Assembly (NCBI GenBank): GCA_013115145.1
Contig: JAAPAO010000069.1
Location: forward strand, 1-64,000
Origin: Perkinsus chesapeaki ATCC PRA-425
Taxonomy: Eukaryota; Protista; Perkinsozoa
Direction: 5' to 3'
Length of the DNA stretch: 64,000 bases
Part shown: one piece after another, positions 37,801-49,500 of the stretch
Layout of the letters: every line of letters starts with the position of its first letter
How positions within the stretch are numbered: position 1 is the first letter of the stretch
The notes under the pieces: generated by a model
Told to the model about the DNA's origin: nothing
Seen by the model: the letters and a program-made list of their open reading frames with translations, nothing else
Databases searched by the model: none
Position numbers and translations under genes: made by a program

Positions 37801-37932
37801 TGCAAGTTGTCAAGAAATGGTATAGAATTGAATGTTAGATAGTGTAGACTTAATAATGGAGGCGATATCAATAGTAACAGTAAAAACAACTTCAGTCAAT
37901 AGTGCACGGGTTATACAAGCACACCAGCGGAG

Positions 37933-39693
37933 GAATCTTCTATAACGAATGTATCATCGATATCCGTGAAGTCACTGTTAAACCGACCTGATCAAAAATA
38001 CACACACTAATGAGATAACATAAAACATACGTAAGGTCCATAGAAGTTACCTGAACGTGACCTGCCATATAGCGAAGGGCCCGCCTCCGAACCGCTCGGC
38101 TGCTTGCTTGCAGAATTTTCAGGACCTGAAGGATGATATAATCGAATAAATCCAAGTAGGAAGTTAGGTACTGTTTGTTCCAGCCTCCATAGCTTCCAAA
38201 TCAGGGAACTCTTGTATTGGCTGCATCTCAATTGATAATGTTCGTCCACCCACTGCGGATGCTCTTGGAGTCCTATATAAGATAAATTATAAACAAACAA
38301 TTATAATAATGATACTTCTTTGAAGACGATATGACATCCTGTTTTTGCTCATACCATCTCAAGAATCCAAGCTTCCTCATTATCCGAGGAGTTCGAATAT
38401 ACCTTATAGGAATGAAAGTAAGATAAACATCAAAGCGTTATTCTTCTTGTTGTTACATGTGATAGAGTCCCCATTGCTTTGTGACTATTATAATGGCTAC
38501 TAATACATCCACTGTATAATGGAAACGTGTTGCTACAATAACAAAATATCTAAAACCAATAACTTTATTATTATTTAAATGTTCATTAATTCCTTACCCA
38601 GTAATCGCAGCGATCCACCATAACAGAGGCATAAGCCGCCGGAATATAAAATGAAGGACAGGACCACCACGATGTCTACCCCCAATTTGACCACGACGAC
38701 TACTTCCGAGTGCAGAGTATCCACGGGCAGCTGTTTAATAATAACAATTAATCAATAAACCCGATAATAGTACATTCATCCACTGCAAGAAAACCATAGC
38801 CATATTCCGACCATATTAAAGCCATTAACGTGAAGTTTGCTGCGTGACCTGAAACAGCAGCTCCGAATGGAATAACAACCCGAAGCGGCGCTTCTACCAG
38901 AAAACAAGATGTCACCGCAAGTGAACCGGACTCCTAATACGATTTTGGCTGCTTCTAGAAAAACCTGATGAGGTAAGAGTCAGTGTTGGAGGACAGCATT
39001 AGCGGCACATTCTCATCTGGACTTGAAACGTTAACGCATAATTGATAAGGAGGTGGGAGCAGAGTGACTATTATAGTGGCACTCCGAAGCAAGAATACAG
39101 AGCCCTGGATTGCCAGGAATCGTAGTATCTAAGTCTGATAAACTGACCGTTTTCCCGGTTACAACCTACTACCACTTTCCGCCGTTTAGGATGGAAGAGT
39201 ACGACCTGAGAAGTAACACAATGCCTGTCCCCAAGGATAACGCTATTACTGGCAGCATCGTACTAACCACGATCGCAACGTTCCAGTAGTCTGCTAGGTG
39301 CGGCACTTCTATATGCGGCAGGAAATAGAAGCCCAAATCGGGGAGCAGCTCGGGGGTTCGACCGTGATAGTGCTCGTTCTGGAACTTATCCACATATATC
39401 TAAGCCGAGATGGGGGAAGCTACCGCAAGGGTAAGATACCAACCTGTGAGATGCAGTTGACGTAGGCACATGCTGCCATCCATAGACAACCTGCAACCAG
39501 CTGCCAACCTAAAAAGGGGAGTTTAACCTCTTAAAGATATTAGTTATTATTGCAGCGGGAAGGATTGGTTTATTACATGCTAATTGTTTCATAGGAAGAC
39601 AGACAAAGTCAAAGACGGCACTATGACGAGACCTTCTCATTAAAGTGTCGCCACCTCCGCTTATTGGCGGTTGTGATTTGGCTGAACCAACGA
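37933..39693. repeat. Segmental duplication unit 1 (paired with 41440-43173)
   Basis: Near-identical sequence beginning GAATCTTCTATAACG and ending just upstream of the start codon, including introns and the 3' flank. Confidence 0.9.
38164..39640 (-). CDS. Sphingomyelin/IPC synthase-family (PAP2-like) enzyme, copy 1
   Basis: LPDLGF (D1), LRSATIIVTLLPPP (D2), TCGDILFSGH (D3) and RFHYTVDV (D4) across short introns. Confidence 0.88.
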
Positions 39694-41439
39694 GGGCACC
39701 CCTGACAATAGTATACCATAACGAACCTCCCCACAGCAGCTACTGAACTCAACAATAAGTATATACCGATATTGATAGCTCTCTCAACTCGACTGTGTGT
39801 TCTATCATCCGTCTCGACAGGAAACATCACCAACGAGGAGCAGCCACTTTGGAAGTGGCTTCAATTAAATGACAATAATTATGCAAGATTAGATCATCTG
39901 ACTCCATGCGTGTGAGAAACCTATCGGATGATTCATTTCTGAATGCTGCACGCTTTGCGGTTAGATTAGGAGCTTCACCAAGTGAGAGCAATGTGACTGT
40001 AGTATCAAAGAGCATGTCCTGGGCTCATCCACAAAAAAGAACCTGGTTAGATTACCCAACTATGGCGTTCTTGATGTCGGTAGAGGGGTTGGTACATCCA
40101 GGACGACCTCGGTAGGAATGTACAACTGACCAAGTGCAGGCCGGGGAGACCCTTTCTCGACTGACGTTTTCAATCCCCACACGGCCTGGACCACGCCTGG
40201 CTATACCACGCTCGTGCCGTATACCTCTAACAGTTGTGTGAGAAGGTTATCTAGTACGCCAGAGGATCGCCGATGGTCGGCGGCGGCTAGGTCAAGGTCA
40301 ACCTAGACAAGATTTCAACACTAATCAGGAAAGCTGGCCACTTGAGTGACGCCAATACCCCTAAAAGTCCGTCACGAGTTCGACCCGTGCAAGCAATGCA
40401 TGCCTACTGATCAACGGTATGCGACTGAGGTTCACAATGACAGGGTCCGGTGCCAAATACACACGGTCAAGCCCGAGCCTAAACCTGCTGTGGTTCCCAA
40501 GCTAGAAACAGTCCCAATGCGGCAGCAGCTAGCAGACGGTACCACATCGAATATAACACGCCCGCATACAACTATATATACTTCCGTACTTTAAGCTGTG
40601 AGCAATGTTGAGTGATGACCCATCCGGCTTACCAATGAGGAGCCGACCTAGGTCCATAAAGTTGGCTTCCCCGTGGCCTACTGTATCCACACGCTTCGGG
40701 GGCCCGAGGATGAACGAATCCCAGGAACCTGAGTTGTATTGGGGAGCAAACAGGAGCACGTAAAGAACCTATCGGTATAACAATGTGATACCTGCTTTTA
40801 ACCCATTGCCCATTCTAACAAGCAATAGGGGCGAGTGAGCAGTGATTGCTGTCAGCACAAATGCGCCATAGACAACTGCAACTCATTCGCGGCACGGGAT
40901 GGTCTGGAAGCGATGAAGCGAGAAAAGGAACACTTTGTTGAGTTAGCCTGTCGGGTTCAGCATAAACAGCGCCCTCATCACCAGACGCCCCACCGCGGAC
41001 CCGCGCAATATACAACACTCTAGTGGGTTGCCCGAGGAGACAGAGACAGGCGAGCAGCCAGCTCCACAATAATTGGTAGTTAGTAACCATGCAGCTGCTG
41101 ACGTCAACTTCTATGCGACCGTGATACAAGTGACCGTCAATTACTGACCACCTTATCTTAGTAGATTATATCCTCCCCACCGGGGCACCGCCAAAAGGCG
41201 GTGAATGAATCGATCGTCGCCTCGCGATTCTCGCGTCAAGCGCCTTGTGCCCAGCTCGGGTGCCCCTGATGTCATGCGATCCAGAATGAATGATACTGAC
41301 CACTGAAATTGAGAGCAACGACAAGACCGACAAAAGGTCTGTTAAAAAAGCCTAGCTCGAGTTGTTCGTAAAACAGGGTAACGCTATGCGTTGAATAAAT
41401 CGTCAATGTATGGGCGGCTATGAAAGCACTCTGGAGAAA

Positions 41440-43173
41440 GAATCTTCTATAACGAATGTATCATCGATATCCGTGAAGTCACTGTTAAACCGACCTGATC
41501 AAAAATACACACACTAATGAGATAACATAAAACATACGTAAGGTCCATAGAAGTTACCTGAACGTGACCTGCCATATAGCGAAGGGCCCGCCTCCGAACC
41601 GCTCGGCTGCTTGCTCGCAGAACTTTCAGGACCTGAAGGATGATATAATCGAATAAATCCAAGTAGGAAGTTAGGTACTGTTTGTTCCAGCCTCCATAGC
41701 TTCCAAATCGGGGAACTCTTGTATTGGCTGCATCTCAATTGATAATGTTCGTCCGCCCACTGCGGATGCTCTTGGAGTCCTATATGAGATAAATTATAAA
41801 CAAACAATTATAATAATAATACTTCTTTGAAGACGATATGACATCCTGTTTTTGCTCATACCATCTCAAGAATCCAAGCTTCCTCATTATCCGAGGAGTT
41901 CGAATATACCTTATAGGAATGAAAGTAAGATAAACATCAAAGCGTTATTCTTCTCCTTGTTACATGTGATAGAGTCCCCATTGCTTTGTGACTATTATAA
42001 TGGCTACTAATACATCCACTGTATAATGGAAACGTGTTGCTACAATAACAAAATATCTAAAACCAATAACTTTATTATTATTTAAATGTTCATTAATTCC
42101 TTACCCAGTAATCGCAGCGATCCACCATAACAAAGGCATAAGCCGCCGGAATATAAAATGAAGGACAGGACCACCACGATGTCTACCCCCAATTTGACCA
42201 CGACGACTACTTCCGAGTGCAGAGTATCCACGGGCAGCTGTTTAATAATAACAATTAACCAATAAACCCAATAATAGTACATTCATCCACTGCAAGAAAA
42301 CCGTAGCCATATTCCGACCATATCAAAGCCATTAAAGTAAAGTTTGCTGCGTGACCTGAAACGCCAGCTCTAGACGAGTTCATGTAGGGAACTACCAGAA
42401 AATATTGTATCCCCGCACGTGAAGCGCAGGCCCGAGATAAGTTTGGCTGCTTCAATGAAAATCTGCTCGGGAGCATTACGGCACCGACCGACTCTCCCTA
42501 GTACATTCTCGTCTGGGTTTGTAAGGTTGACACAATGTTTGTTAGGAGGTGGAAGCAGAGTGACTATTATAGTGGCACTCCGAAAAAAGAATACAGAGCC
42601 CTGGATTGCCAGGAATCGTAGTATCTAAGAGCAAGTATCCCGATGCTCCTCGACCATGAACACTACCACTTTCAGTCGGTTGGGATGAAACAGTAAAACC
42701 TGAAACCACAAGATACTGGCAATTGAGATGAGCCTATTGTTACTGGCAGCAAGGTGAAGACTACGATAACAACATTCCAGTAGTCTGCTAAATGAGGAAT
42801 CTCAATGTAGGACAGGAAATAGAACCCCAGATCGGTGAGCAACTCGGGCGTTCGATCGTGGTAGCGCTGATCTTGGAATTTGTCGACATATACCTCAAAA
42901 ATAACGGTGTGGACGCAAGGGTAAGATGCCAACCTGTGAGATGCAGTTGACGTAGGCACATGCTGCCATCCATAGACAACCTGCAACCAGCTGCCAACCT
43001 AAAAAGGGGAGTTTAACCTCTTAAAGATATTAGTTATTATTGCAGCGGGAAGGATTGGTTTATTACATGCTAATTGTTTCATAGGAAGACAGACAAAGTC
43101 AAAGACGGCACTATGACGAGACCTTCTCATTAAAGTGTCGCCACCTCCGCTCATTGGCGGTTGTGGTTTGGCT
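41440..43173. repeat. Segmental duplication unit 2 (paired with 37933-39693)
   Basis: Direct repeat of unit 1, separated from it by a ~1.75 kb non-duplicated spacer. Confidence 0.9.
41671..43154 (-). CDS. Sphingomyelin/IPC synthase-family enzyme, copy 2
   Basis: LTDLGF, FRSATIIVTLLPPP, TCGDTIFSGH and RFHYTVDV. Confidence 0.88.
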
Positions 43174-43392
43174 AACGATAACATCCCGAGCCCTCCCCCA
43201 CGCACAACATGGTGTAAGTAGCATTGAGGAAGTCCAAGATATTGCAAGGTGGCAAGATGAGCAGGCGTGCGATAGGCGCTTCGGAATTGTGCATCGTCGT
43301 CGTACACGTGTTAAGCATCTTTTCGAACTTCTTGTTCCTCCTCTTTAGTGTCCTCCGTTCCTGTGTATGGCCATCGGCCCTGCCCGCGGCTT

Positions 43393-44940
43393 ATGAGTTA
43401 TCTGGACTATGACATACAATCCAATCACGTACTGAACGCTGTTTCCTTCGGGTCCCCGAACTGCCCCGGGGGGGATCCGGGTGGTGGTAGTGGAGTAGGG
43501 GGAAGTAGTAAACCACAAATAGTCGATGTGTGGGCCGCAAACTTCGACATTGAAGCTGAAGTCATGCGGAATGTAGTGGAGAAGTATCCCTATATAGCGA
43601 TGGACGTTAGATTGCCTGGGATAGTTGCCCGACCAACAGGTACGTACTGGCGGAGGGGGAATCTTCGAGCGTCTCGAAATTATTAAATATCATCATAAAA
43701 ATTAACACGGGGACGTGAAGTGCTTAATACTGGTCGTATGTTAGGTCCTTTTGAAAATACTGATGAGTACAACTACCGGTTCATGAAGGCAAATGTTGAC
43801 CTTGTTAAAATAGTGCAAGTCTGCTTCTCCTTTGCGGACTCCAGAGGCAATTGTGCACCCCATCCACATCTCGGACCAGGGCGTTGCTGTTGGAGACTAA
43901 ACTTCAAGTTCAACTTGCTATCCGATCTTTATGCCGCTGACCGTGTCGAAGTCCTCGGAAGTTCGGTCGAAGTCGGGGGCGCAGGCCTTGACTTTGCAGC
44001 TACGATGCATAAGGGAATCCACCACGAGGTCTTTGGCGAGTTCCTAATGTCCAGCGGCATCGTTTTGTCTGAGGATGTAACTTGGTTGGTCAGTTCGGGA
44101 GGTATTGCATTTGGCTCTTTGCTTAAAATTCTAACGGGGAAGCCTTTGCCGGATAGTCACGGGCAATTCAGCGAACTTGTAGCGGAGTATTTTCCGAGGC
44201 TCTATGATATCAAACTACTGGGACGCGACACTGCACTGCCGACTACAAGCTATTGCGCCTATGACCTGGGTGATACAGTGCGCACCATCGATGCTTTCTT
44301 TGGCAACCTTGATAAACCTGGTGATGAGGACTGCTCGACAAGCTCTAGTAGGACCAGTGGAAGTGTTATTACATCTTCATCGTCAAGTGAAGGCACCAGC
44401 CAGCGGTATTCTAAGTCACTGTGGCGTAGCTCCATTTATAGATGTGGTCGTAGTGGTGTGACTATCGAGCATCCGCCAGACTCTCGAGGCTGCGTGGATA
44501 ACTCTCTTCATTCCCGTAAGAGGCTCGAAGCAGCCCTCCTTCTTATAGCACCATCTGCTAAGAACAGCAACAACCCTAACGGTACCCGGTCTATGCTTAA
44601 CAATAGTGGTATGGTATTTTCCAATCCCAGCAAGTTCATGGCAGGCCCGCCTCCACCGCCACCTCCGCCGCCACCGCCTCCACCAAGCAAGCGATGTGTG
44701 CCTGCCGGGCCTCCGCCGCCGCCTCCTCCGCCTATGCCTCCAGTAGGGTATCGAGGGCCTCCACCGGCGATCCCTCCACCACCTCCGCCGCCAGTACCTC
44801 CACCACCTCCGGCATCTTTTGATCATCGTCATCATCATCAGCCTAGCCTTAGTGGGTTTCATGGGCCTACTGGTAAGCTGCTGCGTTACGAGGGACCTCC
44901 TCCACCTATTAGAGTTCCATCTTCCCGAGGCGGGCCATAA
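43393..44940 (+). CDS. CAF1: CAF1/POP2 (CNOT7/8-family) deadenylase homolog with degenerate active site and polyproline tail
   Basis: IVDVWAANF...YPYIAMDVRLPGIVARP...ANVDLVKIVQ...LNFKFNL...FGEFLMSSGIVL...YFPRLYDIK, with one intron at 43640-43744. Confidence 0.88.
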
Positions 44941-45154
44941 ACAGGAGGACATTTTCAGCGCTGGTTTGTAATGACTGGTTGACTATCATCTTGTACTGCT
45001 ATTTCAACGTAAGACTGCAGTGGGGTCATCTAGACTTGTTGTTTTATTCGTATTATGCAAGGATGCCGCCCTATTGCCGCTGGTGGTATGACCAAGTCGT
45101 TGCAGCGCTATACGGAAGCTGACGGTACTTTATCCCGCCCTATATCGTCATCAT

Positions 45155-46240
45155 CTCTATTCTTCATCTTCTTGTTTGGCTATTTCTGTGATGGAAGAAG
45201 TAGTCATTGTACGTTTAATGGCACCTTCATTTGCGAAGTGTCCGCCGTTATTATTATTATCACCATTGTACTATTTACCTGGTTATAGTTATTGTCTGTA
45301 ATATGCTGAATAATCTTTGATATTGTTTTATTTGCGTAGAAGTTGTTGTTTACATGATTAAGAATGATATTGCATGGTGGTGTTGTCTATACTTTTGCTG
45401 GCTACTACTACTGCAACCAACGATAATAACAGCGAGAGCACCATCTTCACGAGGTAGATCGTTCGAATCGTCAGTATCTATATCATTGCTCATCAACATC
45501 ATCATCACTGTGGAGGCGAAAGCCAAAGGTATTATTTTCACCAGCCTACTAGTGATAGTCTGTGGTATCCTTTTGCCTTTGGGATGTTATTGCCAGTCCA
45601 AATCGGCTAGGTTTGGAGTACGAATTTCATCCCCGTTTATGTACGTCATTAAATCGAGGCCATTATTAACCGCCACTACTGCTGTTGTGAATTGTTTACT
45701 TTACGCCGCCACCAACCCGTCACAATTTACGGGGCTGATTGCCTCCGGACTATTACCGTCACTACTTTTCCTGTAACATCATCATCATCATCTAGTTGCT
45801 GTTCCAATGGCAGACTTTATTTTTAGTGGTGCTCCGCGTTATGGTGGTTGCTGCAGCTACCACCGCTCCTACTGCCGTAGTCCGCATTGTATACTGCACC
45901 TTGAACCATTGATGTGATTCGTAGATCATCATCATACTCTATGTTTCACAAAGCTATACTATTATTGCTGTTATACCAGCATTGGTGGTGTGGCTTGGTT
46001 TACTCGCTCTATTTGACTCGTTCGTCTCGGTTGTTGTGGTGATCATTATGCTGTTAAAAGACGTCATGTGAGAAGGGTTTGCCTGATCCCCGCGCTGATT
46101 CGATTCCTGTCTTATTGAACGTGTATATGAGTAGTAGTCTTCATCGGCGTAACCTTATCAGTTGGGGATGGTATCTCTGGCTGGTATCGTTATAGCTATT
46201 AGTGAGGGTACATTGAGCACTTACCTCATTCGAATAGATA
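45155..46240 (-). CDS. Possible low-complexity hypothetical gene, unresolved
   Basis: Trinucleotide-rich minus-strand segments (for example YNGDNNNGGHFANEGAIKR...) and a GTAAGT donor near 46220. No consistent gene model was built. Confidence 0.2.
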
Positions 46241-46507
46241 ACCTGATAAAACCTACGTTAGAATGTTATTTGAGTTGCGTTGTATAGTTGCCGAGAGGGA
46301 AAACAAGTAAAATAAATCACCTTCCCGAGGAACCAACCCGCTAATGGAGCTTCACGCGGACAGTACTTGTTAATTCATTCTAAAATGTAATCAGAGTAAG
46401 CAGCGGTGACTGTATTTGCTTTGTTTGACGGGGTGCATGCCTACTGGCTGTAACACAACACAATCCCTATCGAAGCCAGCACTGCCATGGTTTGCACATG
46501 ATAGCCA

Positions 46508-49500
46508 TTAAGCAATGGACAGCAGTAGAGCTGTACCTCGTTTAGTCCAGAATGATGCATCTCGCTCACCCGAGACTAGGTCCACCCATATCATAAAACT
46601 GGGCCTCTCTCTGGTCCCTGTCCGTATGGGGTACAGGTACAATGGGCATTGGTACATCTTCGGTAGGCTGGGTTCGGTCGTCTTTTTCTTAGCGACTGGT
46701 TTGAAGTGAACTATGGGAACCGGTGAATACAACTCCATAGGCTCGGGCTCAGTCAGGTGGTTGTGTTGAATGTCCCATGATGCACCTTCCAGAATCATCT
46801 TCGATACATATGCTCCTTCTTTCGGCGCAGCTGTAATGGTTGCCTCGTCATGGGTCTGAAAGGCAGCACTACGGAAGGATTTGACCCCGAAGCTCACCTG
46901 CATAACAATGAAGTCGAAAGAAAGCGTATCCACGCTAACCATGCTCTTCCTCGCCGATTGCTGCAGTACGGCTGTGAGGAACCCAGTGGGGTACGTGAGT
47001 CCTCCAAGCCAGAACACTTTGGGCGTTTCGTACAGCCCCCATCGAGATAGCTGATCAATACGCGAGATGAGATCAACAATCCATGAGCTTAAGGGCTTCA
47101 GAGACGGGTAGGCGCTATGCCACACGTTGGGGACCTGAAGCCGCCGGAGGTCTCCCTGATTAATGAAATGGAGGTCACCTTGCCGTCAGAAAGCGACTGC
47201 ATAACTGCTTCCTGTTCCTCTGATATCACCACGAAACCAGCGATACCCTTCTTCAGTTCATGGATCGACACACGGACTTTCCTCAGCAACATATTATATC
47301 TTAACATTCACCCTCGTCCCAGTGCGGAACTTCCAGTCACTCACCGCTCAATCTCCTGCAGGAGGACGATCTTCAGTGGGCTGACATCACCATCATTGCG
47401 ACTGCTGATGTCCGCATAGTCCATATCCTCGGGTAGCTTCTCCAGTAAGTTGTCGCAGACTCTCATGACCATATCATCCTTGGAGCTGCCGCCGCTTCCC
47501 GAGGCTCCCTCGCCTAAATAAAATACTAATGCACTGCCAACCAACCCACATGTACTTTGTGCTGCCTGAGATGCTTCGCTCGCTGGCTGTATAGAAATGA
47601 CAGTAGCCAACAACTGAAACAATACCATATTTCCAGGCAGTTACTTCTTCACCCTACTGCTTGAGCGTCAGCCAAGGCCGAGCTAATCTCAGCATTCACA
47701 TGCTGACCAAAGGCTTCCGGCGGCTCGTTAAGAGGAAGCTCCCTCACGTACATGCGGTATCTGCCAACCACGACAAATGCTCATCAATTTATGCGAGTTG
47801 CTTACCCATCGAGTGTAGTCTCTTCAGGTATATGGTAGGTTGGCAGAGACGATAACGGGAACTTCGGCATGGTGATGGCTTCCGGGCAGAAGAACTCATC
47901 CACATAGGCCCGGAGCAGCTTGTTATCGGGATGCTCCGTCACCCTGCCACCGTAGTTGGCATCAGCTATAAGGTATCGAATAGCTTCCCATGGGATTTCA
48001 TTCGGATACTCCTCCAAGTACATAGCCAATATATTCTCGCAAATGTCAAAGTCGGAATCATTGAAGTCATAAGGAACATTCCAGCCCAGGTTCTTAAACT
48101 TCTTTCGCTCCAATAATATAGCGTGGAACCACACCAAGGAGAAAAGAAGTTTACGGTACTCACCGGCTTGAGTACACCGAGTGAACTGGTCCTCCGATAA
48201 GTTGATGAGAAGCCGAGCCATGTTGGCTTTCAACCCTCTCGGAGGCTCAGTCGTCATCTTCATGCATTTCTGCAGCAGTGCGATGGGGAACCTCGGGGTC
48301 GGGTCGGAGGACAGCCACAGTCGGAACTGCGCGTGGGGTGTCTTCTCCTCCAGCTCATGGACGACAAGCTTTTCGAGAGCAGGCAGCCAGGAAACAGACA
48401 AATGACAGTTGGCAAGGAACACCCAAAAGCCCGCCTCAACACCATGGCGCAACATTGCCTCGGCTTTTGGTGCCTGACCCTGGCCAAGGGATATCGTCTT
48501 CCACTCGGTGCCTCTGCTAACAGCCAGGCCTCGAAGCAGAGGGGTGGGGTCCATTCCCGGGCTTAAGACGAACACTAGAGGTATTCTGGCGTCGCTCTCG
48601 TCATAGATCGCCTCGAGATCGAAGTTCGGTGGCTCCACAAATTTAGGGCCCATCTTTGCCGAGACAAACGTCCCGACTGCGGGAAGCACTCGGTCAGCTC
48701 TCAAGGCGCGGACCACCAGCAATTTCTGCAGTGGATCTAGCCGAGACTCCCACTCGCCCGGCAATGGCTCCCGCTCCGGCTCGGAAGCCATGAACCTGCT
48801 CTGATCGGTGAGGTAAGCCCCGCATAGGAAAACACTAACCATCGCTTCCACTCCCTCAGACCTTGCTCAATCGACGTTTGGAAGCCCTTGAAGGCGTCCG
48901 GGGAAGTCCGGTCCAGAGATGTGACGTTATCCCAGGTAACAGGGCTGATCCAGTCGGGCGCTGGGTTCACGGCCTGGCAACCGGCCGAATCGGCGCGCAG
49001 CAAGAACGCCTCCCTACCTGTGTTGCCCTGTCTAATGTCTGGGCTCCGCGGAGGAAGAGGTTGAATTCATTGAGCGCCAGTGCATTCTTGCTGGCGAGAA
49101 TTCGAGTAGTTATGTGGAGCGACAGAAGCAGCTTGTGCCTCTCGAACAAAGCTCGAGAGGCGAATCGATACACGGCCAAGGTGTGGAAGTCATTCAAGAC
49201 CTACAACCCTTCAGCCGCTCAGCGGAAACCAAATCCAATACAAATCACCTCGACGCGCTCCTCCACACCAGATACCATCGGATTCTGCTCTGCTGATTTC
49301 TCTATACTAGACTGGAAAAGCTTTATATAAGGCTCCAAGGCAAACTACGCAAACGCAGGTATGACTAGGAGAGACAGTCGACAAGGGCCTTACCTGGTAC
49401 ATCGGGTCAACGGTAACAAGGTCATTGAGAACGAAGAACAGTGTGGCTGCACGATCGCCACTGGCTTTGTAGTTCTCTCGAGCCGCATCAATTCTTATCA

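Noticed and set aside
37940-38300. Duplicated small minus-strand ORFs (37940-38155, 38007-38300; copies 41447-41807)
   Set aside because: They are alternative frames over the synthase last exon and 3' flank, and they recur only because of the duplication.
33100-39400. Apparent in-frame stops in the synthase, Nudix and hypothetical genes as possible recoding or selenocysteine
   Set aside because: Where the protein family is known, removing short GT-AG introns restores the frame. No SECIS-like element was recognised.
42300-42310. ACCGTAGCCAT, matching the first 11 nt of the Perkinsus/dinoflagellate-type spliced leader
   Set aside because: It is the antisense of the coding exon WSEYGYGF. The match stops at 11 nt, and the paralog has ACCATAGCCAT.
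44416-44952. Arg/Trp-rich 178-aa antisense ORF, and similar long shadow ORFs (27473-28105, 57615-58109, 63313-63879)
   Set aside because: They are antisense or alternative-frame shadows of real coding regions such as the polyproline codons and dynein exons.
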